From contig OZ024743.1 of the NCBI GenBank assembly GCA_964016885.1, positions 23,498,001-23,562,000 of the forward strand: a stretch of 64,000 nt of DNA, read 5' to 3'. The notes under the pieces were generated by a model. It searched no databases. It was given only the letters and a program-made list of their open reading frames with translations, and was not told the origin of the DNA. Source of the stretch: Eledone cirrhosa (lineage: Eukaryota). Positions 37,591 through 53,217 of this stretch are shown piece by piece. Position 1 is the first letter of the stretch; every line of letters starts with the position of its first letter. Position numbers and translations under genes: made by a program.

Positions 37591-40500
37591 ATGACCTCAC
37601 TCAGAATAGGCAGCATAAATGCGCGTGGCTTGGGGTCGTCATGGAAGCAGGGCCACCTGCTCAACGACCTCAGGTCACTAAACATAGATGTAGTGGCCAT
37701 CAGCGAGACCAGAATCTCCGAAGCACAGGCTTTCGCACCGATCTTCGGCGGCTACGATGTGTACGCATCTCCCAGCCGTCCGGGATCGGGGGAGGAGTTG
37801 CTGTGCTTTTTCGGAAAGGTTTGGATCTTGCCATACGGGCCATCTTCCTGAACCCAGAAGGTAAGTTGGTGGTGCTGGACGTGACCAGCGGAGACGGGCA
37901 AGCTTTCAGGTTAGTGGCCGTCTATGCCCCGACAGGAGCAGGGCGGCCTGATTTCTTCCGGCGTCTGGAGACCTTTCTTGGAACGTCCCGCTCTTTAGTG
38001 TTAGTGGGCGACTGGAACGGGATCTTAGATGCACGCTGGGATTGTGTGGGATTAGTGGATATGGAAGGAGGGTGCAAGAGTCTCACCAACCTGCTCAGAC
38101 GTTTTGAACTGTCTGACAGGTACCGAATGGATTTCCCGAATGTACCAATGTGGACTTGGACAAATCGCATAGGGTCATCCAGATCATATCTAGATAGAGT
38201 ATTTTGTAGGGAAATAGATAGGTCTAGCATAGGCTGTCCACAATTCAAGATAGTCAGCTACACGGACCACAAATTCGTGATCTGTGTGCTTGACTTAGAT
38301 AGGCTTCATAGGCGAGGACCCGGCTACTGGAAGCTAAACGCGTCCTTACCAGCGCGCAAGGCCTACAGAGACCGGATTAGCGAACTAGTTAAGCGGGCGT
38401 TGATGGGGGCCATCGTCAACAACAAGTGGTGGTTTGCTCTGAAAAGAGCAATTAGAATAGAGTCCATTAGGTTTAGTAAGACTTTAGCAATAGAGAAAAA
38501 TAGAGCAGAGGGAGAACTAGTTAGAAAATTAGATGAGGCGCTTAGCAAAGGCATCGCGACCGACGTACTTGCGGCGAAATTGGCCCTTGACCAATTCTTC
38601 AATGCAAAGCACGAAGGCTGCGTTGTCAGAGCTAGGGTGCGTGCTCTCAGACACGAGGGGACGAAAGCCGTTCAATGGGCCCGAGTGGCGGAGGCGCGTC
38701 GTGGCAACAAAGCCACGATCCGGTTTATGGTGGACCACGACGGGCACATGCTACTCGATCCCGGGCAAATGTGTGAAACTTTTCAGCGACACTTCGCTCA
38801 ACTGTTCGGGGGCAGTGGCGAGCCGGATCGAGGGATGGACTTTAGTGTCTACCTCGACGGACTGCCGCGGCTTTCGGCCACTGAGGCGGAGTGTTGCGAA
38901 AAGCCGATAACAACCGCTGAAGTACGGGATGCAATGACTAGTTGCACAAGGGGTAAATCGCCTGGTTTGGATGGTCTGCCCTATGAACTTTACGTACAAA
39001 TGCCAAACTTGTTCGGAGGCCTCTTGGCGGACGTCTACTGCAACTGGCAACAGAACGGGAGAATTCCCAGCTCTGTGAGCCGAGGAGCGGTGGCGCTGCT
39101 GAGAAAGGATCCGAACAAGGGGGATAACATAGATAATTTTAGGCCCATAACTCTGCTAAACACAGAGTTCAAGATTTTGGCCAAGGTGCTAGCAAAGAGG
39201 TTGGCGCTTGTCGTTGGTGGTCTGGTGGGAGAGGCACAGACATGCGCCATTCCCGACAGATCCATCCACGACAATTTCCACCTCATACGATACATCGTAG
39301 AGAGGGTAGCTAGGGAACCTGGCACGGGTGGGTCTTTGATCAATTTAGATCAGTCGAAAGCCTTCGATAGGATCGACCATCGTTACCTAGAGGCAGTCCT
39401 GAGGGCGGCTGGCTTTGGGCCCGTCTTCAGAGGCTGGATCGCTGCCATGCACAGCAACATCTGCTCTGTAGTGAGAGTGAACGGTCACCTTTCGGAACCG
39501 TTCAACATCATGCGCTCGGTCCGCCAAGGATGTCCCCTCTCGTCCCTATTGTACGTATTGACTCTCGAGCCATTACTGCACAAACTGGAGACGTTGAGGG
39601 GGATCCCGCGCGAACTAGGATGCGGAAGATCCGTGTCAGCATATGCCGACGATGTCACCGTAGTGGTGTCGAACGCCAAACACATCGAGGCGATCGGCAC
39701 TACACTAAGAGAATACGAAGCGGTGACAGGAGCAATGATCAACCAGGAAAAGTCAGTGGGCCTGCAGCTCAGCACCTGGAGAGGCAGGTCCATGCCGTCC
39801 AACAGCGTCGTCGGGCGCTGGACAGACGGACCGGTTAAATTGCTAGTGGTCTGGTTCGGTCCAGACCTCCAGACGGACAAAAACTGGGACGAGGTGACGA
39901 GCAGGGTGGCTTCTCTCACCCAGAAATGGGCCGAGAGGAAGCTATCCCTGAAAGGTCGAGCGGAGGTGGCTAACGCGTACATCGCGTCTGTCATCTACTA
40001 CCGCCTGACCGTCGTACCTTGTCCTAAGCCCCGCCTGACTGCGCTGGAGCGTTTGCTCTTTCGCTTCTTGTGGAGGGGACGCGCTCCGATGGTCAGGCGG
40101 TCCATCTGCTGTCAACACCCGCTACGTGGAGGGCTGGGCATGCCGTGGCTGATGATGCGCAGACACGCGCTCAGGCTACGACATCTCCACCTCTTCCTCG
40201 ACGGTGATCAGGTGTGGTCGCCGTTTGCTAGACACGTTTTTCCCCAGCTCGTCTCCTTGACGGAGCTGCAGTCCTGGGTCAAGCGAAGACCGAGAGGGAG
40301 CGCTTGGAGACTGGAATGTCTTCAGGCGCTCACAGCCCTCGACCAATCGGGCAATGTGATCGGTGGAAACTCCACCTTGGCGTTCTATAGGGGATTAGTG
40401 GAAGGGAAGAGCGACGACGTACTTGGAGAAACTCTAGGCGTCGACGAAAATCAACTAGCCAATCTCTTCGGAAGGACTTTCGGGCCGGGGCCTATGGACA

Positions 40501-41009
40501 GCTTCCAGAAATCCCTGGCCTGGCAGTGCTACCAGGGTGCTTTGCCAGTTCGGGATAAACTTTACAGGCATGGAGGTGCCGTCAGCCGGGCATGTCCGAG
40601 ATGCGCACAGGGCGACGAAACCGTCCTGCACGCACTTGTCCAGTGTCCGAGCATTGCTGACTTGTGGGTTTATGTCGAACACCTGCTGTCACGTGTAGGA
40701 CGGATCTAGCTATCAGCTGAGTCCATCGTGAGGATTGCCCCGCCCTCTTCCTTTAGCCGGGAAGGGCAGGCAGTTTTTATCTGTCTGGTGGCCATGGCGA
40801 AAGAGATAGTATGGTGGATACGTTTGAAAGGGCTGAAGACGAGCACTTACCTCTTCGGTGATGCCCTGATTAACTTTTTCAAATTTCATCTGAAAAGGAA
40901 AATCAGGGTAGAGAGGGAAGTGCTCTCTTCCCAGCATTTTGTTGAAAGATGGGTGAGAGAAGCAAGTATGGCCCGAATGAATGGGCCTTCTCTGAGTATG
41001 TGTCTGTAA
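37591..41009 (+). pseudogene. Tx1-like ORF2 (APE endonuclease, RT, zf-RVT), with one frameshift near 37790 and one in-frame stop at 40707-40709
   Basis: SINARG, GDWN, SYLD and TDH (APE). KSPGLDG, FRPITLLN, DQSKAFD, VRQGCPLS and AYADD (RT). CPRC..H..C zinc finger. Confidence 0.93.
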
Positions 41010-41758
41010 ATTAAAGGTGGAAAATTGGGAGAGGGCACTTGCCCTGGTGGTCAGGGCCACTGTGGTCTTTTAATAGGCTTTCTCCACAAATGTCCCTCGG
41101 AAGTCTCCCCCCTATTGGGGAATTTTTCTTTGTTATTTTATTTCATCCTCTGTTTTTTTTACACGCAGAAATGCCCATTCGTACCGTCCTGTATTGTCCT
41201 GTACTGTCCTTAATGTCTACTTTATGTAAACCCTTGTGGTTAATAAAGAAAACATTATTATTATTATTATTATTATTATCATTATTATTATTATTATTAT
41301 TAAGTATCTCGAAACGTGGCACAGATCAGCGGATTAAGTTTATTTTTGTTTACGTGCTTCTAAAACATTTTTGACAGAACATTTCATATTGTTTTCTGGC
41401 CTAAACCAACCATCTTCCGCGGCAGCTGGTTGGTTTCCCTCATTAAGAGCTAAATCTGTGTTTTCTTTTTCACAAACACGCTCCTCAATTTAAAAAAAAA
41501 AAGACATGATGGACAAGAAAAATTCGTTTTGACACCATTAGTTGACAATTCAATCCATCCTTAGTGGGGAACTTGCGCGAACAAAGCCACGGACGTTGAA
41601 GTTGTCTGCCCCCTCCGGCTTTCTTCTTTCTTTTTCAAAATTGTGTTTTGGAGAACCTTGCTGACGAGGACGAGGCATGAGGCTACCGACAAAAAAAACG
41701 CCGGCAAAGCCAGGGAGATCGGGGACCGGAGGCCAATGAATATATTATATATTATATA

Positions 41759-43908
<2,150 letters not shown>

Positions 43909-44046
43909 TATATATATATATATATAAGTAAAGTTTGGTTTTAAAAGTATTGCCTTCTCCATTTATTCTGCTTACATATATATATATGTATATATGTATG
44001 TATATGCCTATATATATATATATATAATACTAACAATATATATAAT

Positions 44047-44127
44047 GCTCTCTGATGATCCGAACATTTCCATTGGAAGTCCCTAGGGATCTCCAATCTT
44101 TTGTGAGGTGAAACCGTCGGTAAAAGC
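44047..44127 (+). ncRNA. Type I hammerhead ribozyme motif with long stem II
   Basis: gctct-CTGATGA-(about 50 nt)-GAAA-ccg-t-cgg-TA-aaagc, in a short unit between (TA)n tracts. Confidence 0.65.
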
Positions 44128-44214
44128 AAATGGAATAGGTAAATATTTAAATTATATTTTTTAATTTATTTTAAAAAATTGTTTGAATTTTGCTTGCTCC
44201 GCTTATTTCAAATA

Positions 44215-46893
<2,679 letters not shown>

Positions 46894-47612
46894 CAAGACA
46901 TACCCGTTCCAAAGACCCTCATGTATAGATAAGAAATGTATAACCTGTAAAATAAGCCCCCATATTAACTGTAAAACTAGAAATGTAGTGTATAGCATAA
47001 GATGTACTGAAGGACAATGTAGAAACAAAAATATAGTGTACATAGGTGGGACAGCTCGTAGTATAGGGGAACGAATAAATGAACACTGGCGAGACCTCCA
47101 AGATAATAAAGAATCATCTGTGCTCTACCAACATGCTAAGATAGAACACAGGGGTAGATTAGAGAGCATAGAAATAAAAATAGAATCCACACACTGAAAA
47201 GACGCAATGTTTAGGCAAATTACAGAGGCAGTAAGCATAAAAGAATTAAAACCAAAATTAAATAGAAAATATGAGTGGAACAGCAACATCACAACTTACA
47301 ATTAAGGACAAAATGAAAACACACACACACATAGAACAAACAACTTACAATTGAAAACACACACAAAATGAAAACACACACAGGACAAAATGAAAACACA
47401 CACACACATAGAACAAACAACCAACCAACAATAAATAAATAAATAAATAAACAAATAGAAAAATAGAAATAGAAAAATAGAAAAATGAACACAAACACAC
47501 ACAGACACCCGGATGTGGCGCATGCGCAAACTGAGCACACAACACACACACAGAAACAAAATGGCGTAGGATAGAAGAAAGGAAAGGCACAGAAATGAAG
47601 AAAGGAATCCCC

Positions 47613-47657
47613 AGTCACTGAAGAGGTCACAGAGTGTGTGACGAAAGGACTATGACT
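47613..47657 (+). ncRNA. Minimal type I hammerhead ribozyme at the Penelope 3' end
   Basis: agtca-CTGAAGA-g-gtcac-agagtgt-gtgac-GAAA-g-ga-c-TA-tgact. Stems I and II are perfect 5-bp helices. Confidence 0.8.
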
Positions 47658-47871
47658 ATATATATAAACAACTATCTGGTTGTGGAACCAACCAACCAAC
47701 CAGAAATTTATAAGTTTGTAAATTTGTAAATTTATAAATATATAATAAATTGAAGTGAAAGCAACTGGTGCGTGTGTTTCTTATTGGCAACATGACCCTC
47801 CCAAAGTATAACAATATCGGTTTCAACACACGATTTCAGATAAAGAATCTTGCTAAACAAATTCAGAAACG

Positions 47872-47961
<90 letters not shown>

Positions 47962-47965
<4 letters not shown>

Positions 47966-50108
47966 ATAATAATAAATTTGAAGACTAAAATCCAAAGAGG
48001 GCTCGATAAGGATAAATATATATATAAGAACCGTAGAGCAAATATTTATTTAAATAACAGATTAAAGTTTAAGCAAAGAATCGCTGCTTTCACTCTTAAC
48101 GGGATCTTCTGAAACTGACAAAGTCAATCTGTAAACGCAGAAGTCAATATTTCAAAAAAGGTTGCAACTGGAGGAAAACACGAAGACGATACTTTGGTTC
48201 GTGGAAACGTTCCCTGGCAAAGAACGGGAAAAAACGAATATAATACGTCATTCTTTGGAGCGGTGAAAAACAATTACACGCAAAGACAGAACCACGTTTA
48301 TGGTATAAAAGAAGTCGTAGACTAATATTCTCTTAGGTGGTTCATAGAGACGTTCTCTGGCAATGAACGGAATAAACGAAGATAATACGTCATATGTGGA
48401 TCGTGGAGAACAATTGCACGCAAAGACAAAACCACGTAAATGGTATAACTGAAGTCGTAGACTAAAATTCTAACTAGGAAACCGAATGATTCTCCGCTAC
48501 AGAGTTAAGAATAAAGTAAATAAAATACAGAGGTAATTGAAATTAAATAAATACATACACGCATCCAAATACGTACATACACAAGCATACGCGAAAACAC
48601 TCGTCATAGGTATACAAAAACACGCACATATAAATATGTGTGTGTATACAAATAATTAAATAAACGTATATAAATAAATAAATACGTATATAACAAGCGC
48701 ATACACATACCTACATGTAAATACACAAATGTTCGGAGACGTACGTCAACCAAAACACGAAGTACACATATACACACACCCTACATACGTACGAACCCGC
48801 ATACTCGCACAGACGCCAAACTCACGTATACACATAGCCAAAAGCGTATGTACCAGAATATATAAAAAATATACGCCAAAACATATACAATCAAATATAC
48901 GTACGAGAAAGTATACGTACCTTCACAAAATATACAGGTAATAAATACTTACCTATGAAAATAAGTAATGGTATAAACATAACATATACTTAGCTACCAC
49001 ATCAAGACGTAAAATATCCACGTATAGATCGTACTATCCGTTAGGGTATAATGTGGGGCTGTAATACAGGAAAGTTTTGTGCAATTTATGTTTACAAGCC
49101 GAAATTGCCTCAGATTTTTTGTTTAAGATGTGGTCTGTGGCGTAGAGTATGTCCAGGGCTTCAGCGGCGCAGAGGTCACATGGTCTTTTATTTCCGTTAT
49201 ACGATCTAGCCCTAGCTAGGATCTCCTAGTGTAACTTATATTGTGTGTGGTTGTCTTTTAGACTCCAGATATAAGCTGAAAGTGACGTCATATTCTTTCT
49301 TAGAGGGTAACGAAAAGAATGGGTATGCATGTAAAGACGCTGCTTGAATCTATTGGCGGTTAACCCTATGTAGACCCTACGGGACGTGGGTGTTTCAACC
49401 TTACATTTGTAGACAATGTTACTAGAGAGGCATTTCCCGGATAGGGGCAATCAACTCGATTCCTACAATTACAGTTAGTACTAACTACAGGGTTGCACGT
49501 GTTCCTACGGCTAGGTAGTTTAGCTAAATTTGAAGCTGTGATGTTATGTGCAAGGTTAGGAGTCGTAGGGTAAGACATTTTAATAGTATTTCTATTAAAA
49601 ATGTTACTATATGTATGTGTAGGGGAAAATGCTTCGTAATAAGGGATAGAAAGATCTTAGCTAATGGTGTGGCCACCTCCATATTATATGGTGGGTTATA
49701 CCATATAATGTGTCGGGATCTATTTCTTCTAGGTCTATTCTCGTACTCTGTATATGCTACCTTATCGACAAATCCACTCCGAGCAAGAGCTTCATTGTAA
49801 TATGTGGAATGGTCGTTGAAAATATGCTCGTTAGTAGAAAGACGGGAAAGCCTCAACGAAACGTTTCTTACCAGGTTCTTGGTTATGCTGGCAGGATGGT
49901 TGGAATGCTTACTTATGTAATTAAGCGTATCATTCGACTTTCTATACAAGCCATTCGATAAATTGAGGGTAACTGCGAGGTAATTAACAACTGAGAGGTT
50001 GGCCTCAACCTGTATAGAGAGGCTGAAGCATTTAAAGAAGGCTGTGAGTTCTTTTCTGAACCTTTCGCAACGATTCTTTGCTTAAACTTTAATCTCTTAT
50101 TTTAATTA

Positions 50109-50113
<5 letters not shown>
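47962..50113 (-). mobile_element. 5'-truncated Penelope-like element (CxCx5C linker type) with a short inverted terminal repeat, in (TA)n
   Basis: SNHPA, IIWYNPPY and CNCRNRVDCP..GKCL..IVYKC..VYIGLT. About 50070-50105 is inverted against about 48047-48083. Confidence 0.9.
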
Positions 50114-50197
<84 letters not shown>

Positions 50198-50260
50198 TAC
50201 TAACAAAATTATAGATGTCATGTCTGAGAAAATCACAAACATGCTATATATATATATATC

Positions 50261-50298
<38 letters not shown>

Positions 50299-50408
50299 TG
50301 TCTAAGCATACATACACATACGCGCGTGTGGCCTCGGTGTGTGTTTGTGTGTACATGGCTGTTTTTGTACATGTAACAGAAAACAGACAGAAAATAAGAT
50401 AGTCTTAC

Positions 50409-50460
50409 CTGCATTAATATGTGTTGCTATAAAAAGCAACCATAGAATACATTTCTCCAT
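50409..50460 (-). CDS. Host gene first coding exon, a signal peptide: MEKCILWLLFIATHINA (phase 1 end)
   Basis: ATG in an aagATGG context, a hydrophobic core ending I-N-A, and a consensus donor CAG|gtaaga. Phase matches exon 13024-13229. Confidence 0.7.
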
Positions 50461-51114
50461 CTTGTCCTCTCCTTGAAACAAACTCTTTTACACCTGATTA
50501 TTGACTGCACAGTAAATATGTGTCTTTCATGGATACCTGAGCTGTTGTGCAGTGTTTATATAATTGTCAGGCATTTAAGCAAAACACTGTTTTCTCTATA
50601 CATTGATCCATGAAATATTATGAATAATATACTAAATATCGGTTCCTTCATCTTCTTCGGTATATATTGTCATTGTCTTAATTCATCAACATAATAACAT
50701 TGATTTTTATTTAAGACAACAAGCTGTAACTAGTTTAAACTTATCTTTTAATGATTGATATGTGTTTTTTGAAGATAGCTGTTGATGTTAAAGTCCAAGA
50801 TAGTCTTGTTGAACAGACTTATGATTAAATGTATTCCAGCGATGGATATCTTCCTTTTACTTGTCCCGGGCATACTGTATCTAAGATAACATTATCCAAC
50901 GTATCATGCATCCAATGATGTAGACCAGTTCTACTTTTTGGGTAAATGCATTCGATGTTCAGAGACTGGGATTGGCCCCGTGCAAAGCCTTTCCTCACTG
51001 TGTTGTTATTCTCAGAAGAATAACAACACAACCAGGAGCTGAACATATCGATGTATGGACGGAGTAAAACACACTTCAACAACATGTGTACCTGTCTTTC
51101 CTACACCAGTTCGG

Positions 51115-51169
51115 ACTGCCTGAAGAGGTCACACCCAATGATGGCTGTCACCGAAATATATATAGCAGT
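51115..51169 (+). ncRNA. Minimal type I hammerhead ribozyme motif
   Basis: actgc-CTGAAGA-ggtcacaccca-atga-tggctgtcacc-GAAA-t-atat-a-TA-gcagt, followed by AATAAA. Confidence 0.8.
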
Positions 51170-51497
51170 ATATCTATAATTTATAATAAACGAAGCCAAA
51201 TTTTACACATTTGACTTAATTATTTTACATTACTCCGGAGTAAATAAACCAACCTGCGAATGTACAGATACAAAGCATATACACATGCACACATATAACT
51301 CAAAACATCCACATCCACACATACAATAACATCTATATCTACACATGCATACATAATCTACCTAGTTGATGTTGTGTAAATTCCAATGAGAGAGTCTTGT
51401 GTCTATGTTAGAAACCGGCTCTCTCTTTATTGGGAAAAAAATTTGTGAAATTATAAAACCATACATACATACATACATACATACATACATACATACA

Positions 51498-51528
<31 letters not shown>

Positions 51529-51724
51529 TTATACACACACATATACATACATATATAATTATATATATTAGAAAGTGAGGTTTTTTTAGAAAATGAAAAA
51601 AAAAACGAGGTGTCACGTGAACAAGTATAAGAAAAAAAGATGAAATCGAAAATGCAACTGGAGTCTTTTTTTTAAATATATATTTATTTGGTTCCTTTAC
51701 CAGTTTCGCAGTTCTTGTGTTTTT

Positions 51725-51759
<35 letters not shown>

Positions 51760-51828
51760 AAAAAGGGATGAAATCGAAAATGCAACTGGAGTCTTATTTT
51801 TTTTTTAAATATATATATTTATTTGGTT

Positions 51829-51866
51829 CCTTTACCGGTTTCGCAGTTCTTCTGCTTTTCAAAAGG
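51829..51866 (-). ncRNA. 38-nt minimal hammerhead with a U3:A8 variant core
   Basis: Minus strand cctt-TTGAAAA-gcag-aagaa-ctgc-GAAA-c-cg-g-TA-aagg. Confidence 0.75.
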
Positions 51867-52718
51867 TGAGTTGAGATGGAGGGTCTGTGGTTTTTCTCAC
51901 ATCTGGTTGGTCTCTGAATGTTACTTGTTTTATATGGAAAAAGTGGCTCGAAATGCCAGGTTTTTCGAGAAGTAATTTGATTGGTTTGTCAATAATTATA
52001 ATAAATTTCGCGCCAGTTCGCGTTACAATAGTTCTTCAAATAAGAGGGGGGGGGGGTTGTCACAGGTTGTTTTTTCATATATGAGTGTTTGAATTTCTTT
52101 TTACTTGAAAAAAGGGGCTCACGAAGGTTTTTTTTTTGGTTGGTTATAAATGAAATTATGGCTGTCACGTGAACAAGTTTTCATTAAATTTTCGTGTCCT
52201 TATTTGGAAATCCATACTGTAGCCTTTTTAGAGAATTTTATAAGTGAAAGATAATGGTCAAGAGAAAGGGATGGGAGAATTGTTCTGGTTCAGTGAATAT
52301 GGTTAGTTCGCTGGGGTGTCAGAATTCAGATTTTCTATTGAATAAAGAAAGTAAAGATATGTATGTTTATTTGTGTGCTTGTGTGTGTGTGCGTGTGTGT
52401 GTGTGTTGTGTGTGTGTGTGTTTGAATTTCTTTACTTAAAAAAAGGTGGCTCACGAAGGCTTTTTTTTAATAAACGTGATTTGATTGGTTATAAATGAAA
52501 TTTGGCTGTCACGTGAACAAGTTTTCATTACATTTTTGCGCCCTTATTTGGAAATCTATTCTGTAGCCTTTATAGAGAATGTTATGACAAGGGAAAGATA
52601 GTGGTCAAGAGAAATGGGATGGGAGAATTGTTCTGGTTCAGTGAATATGGTTAGTTCGCTGGGGTGTCAGAGTTCAGATTTTCTATTGAAGTAAAGATAT
52701 GTATGTTTATTTGTGTGC

Positions 52719-52812
<94 letters not shown>

Positions 52813-53076
52813 TGGAAGATGATTCTATTAGTAGAAATGGGGGAGGGAGTTGTGTGTGTGTGTATATGGGTGTTATGTGTGTGTGTGCGAGTATGTTAAG
52901 ATGGAGGGAATATATATTTTGTGTGTGTGTATATATGTGTGTAGGAAAGTGGTTCTATTAGTAGAAATGGGGGAGGGAGTTGTGGGTGTGGGGGTTGTTA
53001 TGTGTGTGTATGGGTGTTATGTGTGTGGTAGTATGGTTAGCATGTTAAGATGAAGAGAATATATATATATATATAT

Positions 53077-53217
<141 letters not shown>

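Larger units (their letters stand above)
35374..41301 (+). mobile_element. Full-length L1/Tx1-like LINE copy G, flanked by (ATT)n on both sides
   Basis: (att)n at 35338-35373 and 41253-41301. Contains ORF1, ORF2 (APE, RT, zf-RVT) and a 3' UTR with AATAAA. Confidence 0.96.

Noticed and set aside
47195-47197. In-frame TGA in the Penelope GIY-YIG tail as selenocysteine
   Set aside because: It is not at an evident Cys position, I saw no SECIS, and the element already has a frameshift near 46890. A simple nonsense mutation is more likely.
48070-48115. Minus-strand CAGAAGA...GAAA as a hammerhead in the 47962-50113 terminus
   Set aside because: Stems I and II and the NUH site do not form convincingly.
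52090-52740. About 330-bp tandem duplication (and a similar one at about 48170-48470)
   Set aside because: These are ordinary tandem repeats inside Penelope 3' UTRs, with no independent function evident.
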